A stretch of 59,259 nt of DNA, filler included, from Dirinaria sp. TL-2023a (Eukaryota): assembly GCA_051941275.1 (NCBI GenBank). It is 6 parts of 6 records of this genome, joined end to end, with 100 filler letters (N's around TTAATTAATTAA, not from the genome) between each part and the next. Parts side by side here need not be neighbours in the genome. Positions count along the whole stretch, not along the records: positions 19,836 to 29,636 come from JAVEBF010001003.1; positions 29,737 to 39,525 come from JAVEBF010001004.1; 4 more parts are not named here. The stretch is one strand, 5' to 3'. Position numbers and translations under genes: made by a program. The notes under the pieces are model-generated. The model ran no database searches, was not told the origin of the DNA, and saw only the letters and a list, made by a program, of their open reading frames with translations. Every line of letters begins with the position of its first letter. Positions within the stretch are counted from its first letter, which is position 1. This document shows, one piece after another, positions 21,971-35,137 of the stretch.

Positions 21971-23380
21971 GTCCACTTTCTCCCAAATTCTGCCGCGATG
22001 TGTTGATAGCGGATCTCCCTACAGACGAGCTTTCGTCATACATACTTCTGAATTTTTCTTCCTGTTCTTATTTTACTTCCGTCACATTAGCGCAGAGCAG
22101 GGCGTCGGGCTGAGCCGGGGTCCGCTTTTCCTGACATTGCTATATTCTCGGTATATAGGGCGTTTGGGAATGGTATACCACAAGATCGTCGGATTGAAAG
22201 CGCGCGATATCAAGTGTCAAAGACTCGGTGGATCCTGGGAAATCAGATTGAAGGCTCAAAGTCATGGTTTAGGGACGGTGGGAATCGAATCTGGGGATCA
22301 CTTTTTGGGAGCAAATGTGTCAAAAGGAACGTATATATGTTCATATGATGGAAGCATATCAAACGTACATGAATCCAGAACAAACATCCTGTCGTGTTTA
22401 TACCTCGAAAGAAAAAAGGTTCATGAAGGCCGTTGCTGTTTCGCACTACTGGTCATGGCCCTGCTACCACGTAACATAACTTTGGTCCTAAAGATAGACG
22501 TGTTGTAGACATTCAAAGCAGCGGATCATCCTTCAGCCAGAGCCAAGTACATGTGCGATTGAAGCATTTGACTCGATCAACACCGCTTCAAAAGGACAAT
22601 GTGTTATGCCTGTACACCATAAGGTACTTAAGCATGTACGGAAATTTGTATAGTAATGTATCTTAAGAGGTACCTGAGGTACTTCATGGAAAGTCCTCTA
22701 ATTTAGGGTTGAGGGCGAAGCAATTCCATTTGATTGGCCAACCCTAAACCTTTTCATTTGGAGGAGTCATTCTATATTACCTTGCATAGCGTTACTCAAT
22801 TTGTATGGCCATGGAAGGGTAAGAATGGGATTATGCTTTGAAATTGAAGCAAATTGAACGATGTTACTCTTGTTCAACAAGTTCTTTAGCATACCAGGCT
22901 CTACTCTTGAGAGCTCACAGTAGGCTCTGAGATGGCGGAAGCTTTGTTCACGGGTCTCGAAACAACCAATCATGAAACGTTGGTTACCAAACACCATACC
23001 CAGCATGTGAAGGTGTTTCACTTTCACTCTGCTCTTGGATCCTTCACATGTCCCATGGCCAGCCACAATTTTGTTCTCGCTCGCTCCCGTCGTTCCCTGA
23101 CACCGTCTACGGAAACCAACTTCCCGGTTACTAAGTACATGTAGCTACGTAACACAGAAGTTCCGAGAAATCAGTGGGCCTACCTTACATGTAAAAGCGA
23201 CAGTAAGTCAGGTATAGCTTCCCAATCAGAGAACGCGAGACGTACAATGAAGTCCTTCCTTGATGTCTCAAAAAAGCCCCGGCGTTATATTTTTGGCTGA
23301 CTTTACCTTCATAAACAGCTCCTGACTTTGAGGCAATCACTGTATGCTCCCATATCTAATCCCAAAATTCAGTTCCAGCA

Positions 23381-25899
23381 ATGGGAGCAATGGCGCCTTC
23401 TACATCCAGGTCTCTTCCTGTTTCCCTTAATCCTCCAATGCGCAAACATCTACGTTCTCTCTTTCAGCACCCTCTACCCAAAGCCACTCAAGAACTCTTC
23501 ACGACCTACCTTGAGGATCAAGCACCACCTTCTGGATCCGACACAGGGTTGCCACTCTCATCGCCCCTTACGCACACAGCGACAGCCTCTCGAATCATTC
23601 CTAAAACCTCCAAAGCTTCAGCCAGTGGAAATGAAGCCACATTGGACGATTTTGTCGAGTTCATGCGGAGGCCCGAGATGAGCGCCGAGGCACCTCTAGG
23701 GAGGGAAGAAACAGAAGAGATGGGATATCCGTTGTCAAATTACTTCATCAGCAGCAGCCACAATACTTATCTGACGGGGAACCAATTGTATTCCGAGAGT
23801 AGCACCGATGCTTATAAAAACGTACGTTGCTTTGAATTGGCCGTGGAGCAGCCTAAGGAGCTATTGGAGGGCGACAGAGGCGAAGCACGCATCGTTCACC
23901 GAACAAATACAAGGGGAAAGAGGAGGGAATTAGAATCTAAGATACGGATGTAAAGATTGCTGGCTGACGCTAATATCTAGTGTCTTCTTCGCGGCTGCCG
24001 CTGCATCGAAATCGATGTTTGGGATGGTGAGCCAAGATCCCCGTCATCTACATCAACCTCCGACGACCGACAAAACAGCACTTCTTCCAGCGCGAGCAAC
24101 GAGAAGCATCATCGTTTCCGCCCTAACGTTCTTCGCTCTCTGTCCCCACACTCTCACAAACTCTCCATCCGTTCAAAGTCTCCCACTGCTACCTCTGAGT
24201 CAGCTACCACAACCACTAGTAACAGCGAAAGCGAATCCCTGGCTCTGCCAACACCATGGCAATCAGCTTCGACAGCCATCCGTGCGGAGCCGCGAGTTCT
24301 TCACGGCTACACCCTTACCAAGGAAGTTTCCTTCCGCAAAGTCTGTTCTGCAATCCGAGACGCCGCTTTTGTAGCCTCGGATCTGCCGGTGATAGTGAGC
24401 TTGGAAGTGCATTGTTCGCGCGAGCAGCAGGAAATTATGGTAGAAATCATCGAGCAGAGCTGGAAAGGGATGCTCGTGCGCGTTCCCCCGGAGCCATGTC
24501 AAGAACTTCCCAGTCCGGCGCAGCTACGTGGAAAGCTATTGGTGAAGGTAAAGTACGTTAAGCCTGAAGTGGCAAAAAAGAAAGTGGTCAGAGAGAGCGT
24601 TCAAAAGCAGCTGCAAAGGGAGAAGTCTAGGTCGAGCTCTTCAGAGAGCGAGAACCAGGACGCCGTGGATGGGACCGAAGAGAAAAAGAAGAAATCCTCC
24701 ATCATCGAATCTCTAAGCTCCCTAGGCGTCTACACGCGCAGCTACCACTTTAAGAGCCTCGCCTGTGCCGAAGCACTCGTACCTACACACGTGTTCTCCC
24801 TCTCGGAGAAGAAGCTGATGGAAGTCCACGAGTCTCATGGGCCGACGCTATTCTCCCACAATCGCAATTTTCTCATGCGAGCTTTTCCCTCGGGAATGCG
24901 TGTTTCATCTTCGAATCTCGACCCCAGCGTCTTCTGGCGTAAAGGCGTCCAGATAGTGGCATTGAACTGGCAGAAGTACGACGAAGGCATGATGCTGAAC
25001 CGAGGCATGTTCGCCGGCAGCGGGGGCTGGTTGCTCAAGCCGAGGGGCTATCGAGGAACCGCGAGGGAGGCGACGAAAGAGGGATTGAGCCACCAATCGC
25101 AGGCCGACGCAATTAAACATTGGACGCTGTCGTTAACCGTCGACGTTATCGCCGGCCAAGACATCCCCCTGCCAATCGGCGATTCGAGAGCAAGCGGCTT
25201 CCATCCTTACGTAAAGTGCGAGCTTCATGTTGAGAAACAGGAGGAGCGCTCAGGTGCGTCGATCGAAGGGGGAGGGAGGAGCAAAGATGGCGAATACAAG
25301 ATGCGCACTCAGACAAGCAAAGGCGTCGAGCCTGATTTTTCTGGCGGTGAGAGAATTGAATTCTTGAACATTCCAGAGGTGGTCCCGGAGCTCAGTTTCA
25401 TGAGGTGAGTGAGTGAGTCTTTTCCGTGGCTCTCATCGTGATGAGGTCGCTGCCATAATGAGAAGGATGTCTTGCAGGAATGCATGCGCTCCGGGAGCTA
25501 CTGTATCCTCGAGACACGTTGCAGCTCTCCCCTCCCACACTTGTGTAAACAAGCGGTGAGGTTACACATGTGACGTGCTGTGCTGTTGCCACATTTACAA
25601 TCGGACGATGTACAAGGTTTCTACAAGCATGGCCGAGGTGTGAAGAAAGATCGGCAACGCGGCCGAGGATGGAGAATTTACATGCATCAAATGGCAAAGA
25701 AACCAATTCGATCGCTAACATTTCCCTCCGTAGGTTTAAAATCCATGATGACGAGATCGGCAAAGATTCACTGGCCGCATGGGCCTGTATCAGGCTTGAC
25801 CGACTGCAACGTGGCTACCGCTTCATCCGCTTGCTCGACGCAGTCGGTATGCCTAGTCAGGGCGTCCTGTTGGTCAATGTTGACTTCTCAATACGCTAA
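23381..25899 (+). CDS. Phosphoinositide-specific phospholipase C (X, Y and C2 domains); introns 23822-23980 and 25405-25733
   Basis: [70 protein letters not shown] and C2-type GYRFIRL. Confidence 0.93.
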
Positions 25900-28610
25900 A
25901 GGAGCAGGAGGGCTGTCGTAACATCCCTCGTTGAGAGGATCTTGGGCCTGAAACGCACTAGAACCCAAATCTTATGCTGAAGAAGTGGCAATCTGGTTGC
26001 CGGGTGGAAATGGCGAAGAGCGTCTCGTGCAATCTTCTTTTGCTTTTCTTTCTTGGTACGTGATTGCACCATCATTTGGTAAGGTAGAAGCAGCGGCTGC
26101 TTTCTCGCTATGATACCCCTTTTCCCGGGCTTGTTATACTTTATTTTGTTCCTACACAGGCTTCCACCCGCTGAACTGGATACCTACATCACGGTCACAG
26201 CTCACAGCTCACAGCTCACATCCGCAGGCTTTTGTTCCATTTTTGAAACGAATGTACAACACATCAATCGCTGTTTCCGCTGACATTGACCAAATCGGCG
26301 CCCTTTAGCAGTTCCGAATATCCAACGCCTTTACCTTGCCCTTTGCTACTCTCTGTTAGTGTGAATTTCGAGGAAGTCCTGGCACTCTGCAGCACAAGAT
26401 CCGTACAACTGGAATCCGGTTTGCGGTTCGCAGGATTGATACGGCTAACGCATAAATGCGCCTTGGACTTCTACCGGGACGCAGCGCTGGGACTCGTGTG
26501 TGGCCATCTCATCGCATGCTGTTCCCGCGAGCCTTTTCTTTTTTACTTCTGGTTGTTGCTCACCTTTGGGCTCCTTCCCTCTCTTGTCTTTTCCTTTTCA
26601 AAGTCTTGATTGCACCCTGTCAGAATTTTCTCCAAATGCGTCAACTTGTCCGGTACATTTTGGCTCAAACTGCGTTTTGGGCTTTGAAGCTGAAAAGGAG
26701 GCTGGCACGTGGTTATGAGCTCAGAACATGCGATGCATGTAGTATGCACGGTCTAATGCAATAGGATGTGGTCCACGATGTTGCAGAGCGGGACGACATC
26801 ATAGAATCCGATGCCGATAACTCTTCTACTACATCCAAAGCGGGCCATTGATAAGCGGGAATTGGAAAAGGGATTGGCCGTCTAATGGTTCAAAAGCAAC
26901 GGATGTCCAGTACGTACTCGTGCGGTGTAGCTACTTATGCAATGGATATGCGGATCCAAAATGATCGACTTTCCCAAGCGAGTTTAGCGGCTTGGAAAAC
27001 TAAATCGACACGGGCATACCTTACTGGGGAATCCATACATCCACCCATGTCGGGTATCGAGGTGAGCGAGGGTCAGGTATATCTGACATGTCCGATTCCA
27101 GGGCAATGGCGCTTAGCGCGCAGAAAAAAAAGGCTTGGTATCTTATCTTATTGCGACTTCCATCTGATTCAGGGTTCTAATTGGCCCGACTCAAGTTGCG
27201 GTGTCGGTCCTGCTGTACTGTCCATAGGTGGAGGATTCGCTCATTCATGAAATGCACATTGCTGGGTCGAACCATCGCAGAGAGCCACAGGTGCCTGTCT
27301 GATATATCAACTACCACGACCAGGATACATCCTAGCTCAATGACGCAGTTATGCAAGTAGCCTTTCACCACAGACAAATTCTGTGATTGTGGCTCCAACG
27401 AGCCGATAATACAGTCTTAGGTGTGGCCAGGGACGATCTACTACTGTTTAAGAAGCGCGGTTGATCGGACGCAGCACCGAACGTGGCCTTAGTGGAACCG
27501 CGCTGATGGTATTGGGCTCCTAGCCTCGAATGTAATCCCGCATTAGAGCTACAAATCAGCATGTCCATGGCCAGGTACTAGCTTTATGCTTCTCCGTGCT
27601 TTCCAGCGGCGTACTTGCAGCGGGCAGTAGCAGTATCTTTCATGGTATTCGAGCACAGGGAAGATAGTCGATGGTATATTCTGACTAAGTCTACGAGTTA
27701 GCTCCCTCATATAACGGAGCTGTCGAGGCATTAAGGATCGCCTTGCTAACCAGAAGGTGGCAACGTAAGGCTGTACCAAACCAAGCACTAACTGAGCTAT
27801 CCCATTCCTGTCTATTGAAGAGAGGCTTACGCAGCTGAAAACTAGTGGATCGTCGGCATTACATGAGTTTATTCATGCTGCAGAAAACGAATCTCCTTCG
27901 CCATCGTGGATCCATATCAACATCGACGATCTCTTTCCGAACCGATGCACTGAATAGACGGATTGAGCTTTGGGTGTCTGGATACCTACAGATGAAAAGG
28001 TAGCCGAGACCCAAAACAACGGGTTTCCGGGTACTGACGTTGCTGCGGATATCCGTCCCTGCAAGAGGAGACGAATCCTTCGCGCGTCCATGGGAGTGTT
28101 CTTTGGGATCAAGAAGCCAACCACTTTCATACTTCTTCCGAGCATGTCTTGGGGCACAGTATGTATACCCAGCACACCGACTTTATAATCGAGGGTTTCG
28201 GACCCCCGCGCGGATCCGATCTGGTCTATACGCGGTGCTTGTCTATGTCCCCGCTGAGATAGCTAATGATACCTGCAAGCAGATTCCTGACGAAAGTTCT
28301 GCCTGCAGATGGGCGAGAAGAGGTTGCAGAAAGCAGGATATCTTGTCTCTCGGAGGCAAGGAAGTCCGATGTGAGAACGGACTTAAGATCGGTTCCTTGG
28401 TTGGGTCTGGTAAGGAATGAACATATAAGGACGCAACAGCCAGACTCCGAAAGAGAAAGAAGTTCAAGCCATCACAAAGTCCTTTGTTCATCAACGAGAC
28501 AATCCCAACCACCATCTGCGAAAAGGACGAGTCTTTACATTCCGTATCCTTCCACTGTCGTCGACCTACTAACGCCCTTACCCTATTCCATACCTCGCGC
28601 AAGAAGAAAA

Positions 28611-28952
28611 ATGCCTTTCAACCCAGATACCTACGACGAACAAGACCTGGGCTTTATCCCCATGCCCTTCCCTCCCGAAGTCGGGTCCCCAGTCTTTCAA
28701 TTGCTGGGAGACAACCACCACACGGATCCGCATTCGCATTTGCCAGTAAGTGCCTTACCCTTCTCCTTATCCCCTCCAAAACAAGCAAACAATTCCATTA
28801 CACACAAACAAGTGTTTGGTTGAAGACTTCTTCTAACCCAAACTGCAACAATCCAGATGCCCGGTGTCCGATGCCCCAGTTGCGCAAAGCGCGGTATCGA
28901 GCAATGGGTGCTTCCGGGCAAGAACTGCCCCAAATGCAACCATCCTTGCTAA
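28611..28952 (+). CDS. Two-exon 76-aa microprotein with C-terminal CxxC...CxxC zinc-ribbon-like motif; intron 28746-28856
   Basis: GTAAGT donor, TTCTAAC branch point and CAG acceptor, phase 0. Exon 2 reads MPGVRCPSCAKRGIEQWVLPGKNCPKCNHPC*. Confidence 0.8.
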
Positions 28953-29636
28953 ACAAGAGTACAATGGTGGGTTTGTGATCCTTTTTGACGGGTTGAAAGA
29001 TATAGACTAATAATGGTCTGAAGCTGCTAGAAGGAAGGAGAGCCGAGGGAGATTGGGTGAGGTGAGTGGAAGGTGGGAGGAGGAAATAGAGAGGGCTGGC
29101 AAATGCGGTGCTGAAAAGGTCTAAAAAACATGAACGTCGAGACTGTTTCGTACACGAGCGGAGGGGGTTTCTTTATCTAGCTAGACACCCATGGTGTAAG
29201 GGGTAGAAATAGAGAGAGAGAGGGCAAAGGAGATTATACACTAAGAAGTCTTTTGGTGGAAGGGCTAGTTCAGATAGAAGGGGAAACATACACGTTCACT
29301 AGAGTAAACTGTGATTGGCTACTTTCTTATTTTAAATTCCCTTTTTTTCCCCTCCCCTTTTCATTTCGTGAAATTCCAATACATGTGTTGGAAAGTAAGG
29401 TAGGCAGCATAGGCATGCCCGGCAAAGCGGGCGCTAGGCCCAATCGGGGCATAGAGCTCCGCACAAATGATTGCCATGTAATCTACCTAAAACCTCTACA
29501 AATAGAAGTATGAATAATAGAAGAGTATGCGACTTCAATTGGGTCACCTAGTTCAATAACATTAACCCTTTCTAGTTTTGAGGTAACTCACCACTTTTTT
29601 CATCCTTTTTCTCCTTTCTCCCAACCATCCCCTCCC

Positions 29637-29736
29637 NNNNNNNNNNNNNNNNNNNNNNNNNNNNNNNNNNNNNNNNNNNNTTAATTAATTAANNNNNNNN
29701 NNNNNNNNNNNNNNNNNNNNNNNNNNNNNNNNNNNN
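29637..29736. other. Artificial contig linker
   Basis: N44-TTAATTAATTAA-N44. Confidence 0.98.
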
Positions 29737-30240
29737 GGGATATATGTAGGTTTTGAAGAACTTCTGCACTTTCTTTTCTTTTTTTTTTTTTGGGGGGGGC
29801 TTTTGGATGTTCTGGGAGTTTTCAAGGTAAGCACGGACAAGAATAGATACAATAGATAGATAAACAGCCTATATACAACTAACTAGAAAAAAGGGGAGAT
29901 AAGAAATTTGTCCTCCACATACACGCTTGGGGCTAGCTGCTGGTTTATTAAGGTAATACTTACTGGATGTATGTATGTATGTATGGTGGATGCTGGTGAT
30001 GAAGAGGAGGAGGCGTATTTCAGATAAATCAAAAAAGGTAGCAAGGGCATGTAAGCAATCAAAGCACATTATACCGCTCATGTGAACAAACTCCAGATAA
30101 TATGCACGACATATGGTTGGTTTGTTTCATCCTCCTTTCCATTCTTTGCTCATCGAGACTTCCCTACTCTTCCCTTATCTCCTTTCGATGTCAATGTCTT
30201 TGTTTGCTGGGATTCTCGCCTCCTACCACTGACTGCATAC

Positions 30241-31206
30241 CTACATCAGCATCGCCACGCCGACGGCCCCACCCAGCACCATCATCATCTCCCGCCCTAC
30301 ACTCCCCGTCCGCGTCGCAATACCCGTCTGCAGGCCTGGTGCGCCGGGACTCGTGCCAGTGGCGGTACCTACGCCCGCGGTGCCGCTCGGTGAGGAATCA
30401 TCTACACCAGGGGCTGGAACAACGGTCACGGCGGTGACGGTGCTCTTGCTGCCATCTGGGAGAGTGGTCGTGCGCCGCGAGGTCGTGGTTTGGGAGGATT
30501 TGGTGTTCTTATCCGCGGCGGTGGTGCTTGTTGTTTGCCCGGCATTGTTAGAAGGGGGCAAGGTCCGGACGCCGCCACCGACGGTAGACACAATCGTGAC
30601 GCCTTGCGCATTCGTCGTGGTGACAACTTGGCCAGGCGTCAAATTGCCGCCGGCCCCAGCCGAGGTGGTGGATGTGCCTCCGGCATTGGCAGGGGTGCTG
30701 CCACCTGCAACGACTGGAGACGTGGTAGTCACTGATCCAGGAGCGTTTGGTGATGAGGTCGGTGCGTTTGGGGAGGTGGTGGTCTGGGAGCTGCCACCTT
30801 GCGGCACTGGCGAGGCGGGTGTGCTGGGGCTAACGCCAGCAGCAGGACTGGTGCTCGTTGAAGGTCCCGCTGGCGGAGAGGCGATACTGGCGGTGCCATT
30901 GCTTACGGTCTGGCGCTTGGCGAGGGAAACAATACTAGACGCTAAAGAGGCATCATCGCGGTGAAGGTATTCGGCTGCGGTACGGTCCTTTTCGAACATG
31001 CCATGGTCGAACTTCTTCGGAGAATAGTCATGGAGAGCAGCATGCAGGGAGGGAGGATCGACTTGGTCGAGCAGTCGCTCAAACTCTTCCAGGTCAGATT
31101 GGGCCTGTTTATTCGGTTCGGTTTGTTCAGGAACTTGGGCCACAGCGGATGTGGTGAGAAGGGCGACGAGGAGGGAGATTGGCACGAGCTGCTGCAAGGA
31201 CAACAT
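30241..31206 (-). CDS. Secreted Ser/Thr-rich, probably GPI-anchored cell-surface protein
   Basis: Signal peptide MLSLQQLVPISLLVALLTTSAVA, a KR site, a long S/T/P/G stalk and a hydrophobic C-terminus (MMMVLGGAVGVAMLM). Confidence 0.85.
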   Translation of the reverse strand: MLSLQQLVPISLLVALLTTSAVAQVPEQTEPNKQAQSDLEEFERLLDQVDPPSLHAALHDYSPKKFDHGMFEKDRTAAEYLHRDDASLASSIVSLAKRQTVSNGTASIASPPAGPSTSTSPAAGVSPSTPASPVPQGGSSQTTTSPNAPTSSPNAPGSVTTTSPVVAGGSTPANAGGTSTTSAGAGGNLTPGQVVTTTNAQGVTIVSTVGGGVRTLPPSNNAGQTTSTTAADKNTKSSQTTTSRRTTTLPDGSKSTVTAVTVVPAPGVDDSSPSGTAGVGTATGTSPGAPGLQTGIATRTGSVGREMMMVLGGAVGVAMLM

Positions 31207-32483
31207 GTTGACGATTGTTGCCTCAGAAGAGGACTTGCGCGAGGAAGGGATTTTCAGATAGAGGGAATTATGCTGTAGGGTGTGCGTGTCAGCAAACGGC
31301 GGTGTCGAAAGCGGTATAGTGGATGAGTAAGTGATTCGTACCACAGAAGGATGTAAGCAAGCGAGTGTAACTCCTCATGCCCCTGGCTCGGCATGTATCA
31401 CGAGCAGCGGCGATGAAGACGAGTTGCTTGAGATGTGAAGTTGATTGCTGGTACGGTTGTACGTCGGGGTCAGGTGAGGAAGGAAATGCGGAGTTGAAAC
31501 GAAGCGAGTGTGATGGGGGCGTAGTAATCGCCCACTCTGATGCTGCGCGTTGTCGTCAGATGCAGCACAGCCGAGCGGGTCTAATGCACCACCTACGGAT
31601 GAAATACTGTACACTGGCCAGGAGGAGTTTGAGGCCAAGGGAGAAGCATAAGGATGAAGGTGGGTTTATGGTTGAATACGAAATGCCGAAAAGAAGTGAA
31701 GAGCGCCAAGAATCCAAGATGTCGAGCGTTGCTATTTTGGGCGGAAAACACGCAGTCCTACCCGAATGGGAACCTTACGAACCCATTCGGGATGAAAAAG
31801 TGGGTCGCGGTGACGTAGCAAAGCAGGCACTCAGCAAGACAGTCTTCGAGGTCAGGTACGGAGTACGGATTAAGGTATCACCCATGTAAGCTACCTTACG
31901 TTACTTCAGGTACCGACCCAAGGGATCGGCGTTTGACTCTACCGGACGAGGTCAAGGCATTCATCCAGGTACGAGTATTCCGTCCTACGCCAACTGCTGG
32001 TATAATCATGTGCTTGAGAATGAAATTGTCCAATCCCGGCTTCCACATCGTCGTTGGAGAGATGTCAACATCACCTCAGCTGTAAGATGACTGCTTGCCT
32101 GTGCTGTTCGGTAGCCTTTGGGTTATCAGCGAAACCATCCATATCTGAGCAAGCCATGTCAGTGCAAGGTCATAGCGCACGCGAACATCTGCAGCCCCCA
32201 TCTCTTCCATTCCTCACAGAAGTTAAAATCGTTCAAGGCAACCTAGAGTACAACGTCGTGATATGTCCAGTAGACAAGATGTATTAACAAAATGGGTAGG
32301 CTCGTCTCTGAAGAAGAAGAATAACCACAAGCCTTTCAGTAAAATAACCCCAACGTCGTGTGCCGCCGCCTACATTGGACGGGGTATCCGGAACATCGGT
32401 CTCTTCAGTCACCAGTTCCATTGAAATAACGCGGCACCCGGATACTGAAGTAACGGACACCTTCCTCAACCCATCAACCCACA

Positions 32484-35137
32484 TCATGCCTTCTCCGCCT
32501 GGGCTGCAGCACTCGACTCGGCTGCATTTCTCTGGACGTCATCCCGGGAAGCTTCCATCGACCTCCCTCGGATAGGGATGCTATCCTGTGCGATGGCTGT
32601 CAAACTCGGCTTGCTCTCGCTGGCCCCGCCACTGTTGCGCGGAGGGCTCTTGGCCCTCTCCTTTTCCGCTTCCCGTTCTTTCCGCTCTTCCTTCGCCTGC
32701 GCGACTTTGGCCTTGAACCAGCCGATCGGCCCTTTCTTCTCTGCTCCTTCGTGCGCCGCTTCTTTTTCTCGGCTCTTCTCCGTGTGCTCTTTCGACGGAG
32801 TGCTCTCATTGCTCGACGATTGAACGGGGGGTAGCCGAGAGCCCTCGGTAGCGGTGGCATAGCTTGTGCCGGTCACCTGAGTCTCTTCCGTCATGGACTT
32901 TGTTGGCTTCCCTGCGCTGGTGACAGATGTACTGCTCTTCTCTGCAATCGGATTGACTCCAACTTGCGAGGAGGACGTGGTCGGTTTTTCACTGGTTTTT
33001 TTCGATGAGAAGGATGACCTCCAGCTGCGCTTTTTCTTCTCGCTCTTGGTCTTGCCGTCGTCCAACTGATCTAGCTCTGAGAGGTCAGTTATAGACGAAC
33101 GGGAGTGCACAGATCCAGCTGGCGACTTTGATGGCTTTAAAGCTTTGGCCGGAGACTGTAAATGCTGATCTCCCACACCCAAACTGGCCTCTTGCGTGAT
33201 TTCTCGGGCTGGTGTGGGCGTCTCAGAAGGAGTGGCAACTGTATTGGAGAATGTTGGAGGAATCGAAGACATCGGATCATTTGTGACTTGGCTTCCGACA
33301 CCTGGCGTGGGCAGTGGCGTATAGAAGACCTGATTGGCTGGAGAGTCTGGCGAGGCATGTAATGAATGAGTAGAGCTGTGAGCGCTTGGGTTGGAGCTTT
33401 CAGGGCGCTTCTTGCGCAGCTTATTCGGCTGTCTAAGCTCCTTACGCTCGCCATCGCCTGTTGGAGATTTCGAGAACAGACTGGAGACCTTGCGTTCTGC
33501 CTTAGGAGCACCACCTGTATGTTGGGCACTCATTAACGGCGAAGCCTGCAACGTAAGTTTCTCACTTTGGCCAGGCTTGCTGCTGTTTTGCTCCGGGCCT
33601 GGTGCTTCAGCTACAGCATTCAGCGCCGGCGATTGAGCGGTAGGCGTCGCGGACGAGTGTGTTGATGGGGACGGATTTTCCCGATCACCTGGAGCTAGTC
33701 TGGAACTAGGTGATGCTGTTCGGGCTGTTGCGGCAAGGTAACTAGGCTTGGTGGCCTGTGGCGTGGGCGAATCCAATGGGTTTCTGAATCTCGATGCTGA
33801 TGGTATACCTGGGGATCGCTTTGATGGAACCGTATTGCTCCTGTGCACGCCGCTGCCGCTAAGACTTGCGTGTGGACTCCCTGGTGGAGGTGAGATCGGA
33901 CTGGGTACGTTCTGCGAAGATCGTGAATTCTTAGATGATACAGATACGTTTCTGCGGATGCCACCAAATTTACGAAGGCTATCAGCGCCGGCGCTTGCAT
34001 TGGATGCAGATCGGCCAATCGTTGGAGTTTTTGGCTTGGGAGAGGCTGGTTGACGGGGCTGCACTCCACTCTGGACTTCCCTGACAGTCTTCTCGTCTGC
34101 AGCGGTCCCGCTCATGCCAATCAGGAAGTTGTCCTGGTTCTCGATCAAGAAAATGATGACATCTTGGCTCAGCCGATACTCCGAAGGGCTCATGTCGTGG
34201 GTCGGATGTGACAGCATCCCGGGTTGGAATATAGCCGCCAAATTGGCAGATGTCATGCGGTTCAGCTCCGCCTTGGAAGAGAAAACAGCGAGGAGGTCGA
34301 GAATGTAGAGAAGTAATTGGCGATTTAGAGGAGGGATCTCGGTGATTAAGCGCTGATACGTAGTGATTGCTGCAGCATGATCGAAGTTGCCGATATCTTG
34401 ATGTTGTGCCTCGACATCACCTACAGCTTGCGCCTGGTGACTCCTGAGTGGATCACGGAACCTTTCGTAGTATTCGAGCGGAACTATCGGCTGGGGTAGC
34501 TGATTGAGATAGCGTCGCAGAATATTTGCAGCGTCATGAACTGTGTAACCTGTCCAGTCCAGACCTTTCCCGTAACGATCAGGAGTATCGAAAACAGCCT
34601 GTAAATCCTTGATCCGTTTTGCCGAACCGCTCAAACGAAAAATACCCTCGACATCAGTAGCTGAAAGAGACATATCGTTAGCATTTACATTGTGTTTCCC
34701 TGTCAACAGCAAGATTACCTTTCTCTTTCAGGAAGACGCCGCATTTCGCCACAACTATTGGAACATATCCGTAGGTAAATTGTTTGCCCTCCGAGTCCGT
34801 GAGAGATATTGCTACATTCGCATACTTGATGCTCGTTGATAGAGGAACTCCGAAAATGCCAGACGGTGCTACTAGATTGAAGAAATCACATGTCAGCATA
34901 CCTGTTAGATCAGATGAAAGGTTGCCATGCAACACTCGAAGCTAGGAAACTATATACGATGTGATTCCTCATGATACGACTGTGCTCAAACAATACATTG
35001 CAGGTGGTAAAGCCATGCTTGCCAAGCAAATCGGTGCGACTGTGTAATAGCTCACCTTTCTCTTCCTCCCTCTTCGCATTCTTTTTGAAATTCTTCCACC
35101 AAGATGCCAAATCACGTTTTGAAGGCGGGGACTCCAT
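32484..35137 (-). CDS. Rho GTPase-activating protein (Sac7/Bag7/Rga5-like); introns about 34872-35055 and 34661-34718
   Basis: GIFGVPL, YVPIVVAKCGVFLKEK|ATDVEGIFRLSGS (arginine finger), HDAANILRRYLNQLPQP and NRMTSANLAAIFQP. Confidence 0.92.

Noticed and set aside
21507..22508. 333-aa + strand ORF
   Set aside because: Alternative frame overlapping the 20060-21970 gene and its 3' UTR; no protein-like features.
25432..25445. GTGATGA (C-box-like) in the long PLC intron, considered as a C/D snoRNA
   Set aside because: No downstream CTGA D box was found within the intron.
26286..28420. Many short overlapping ORFs between PLC and the microprotein
   Set aside because: No domain, coding bias or consistent splice pattern seen; treated as intergenic.
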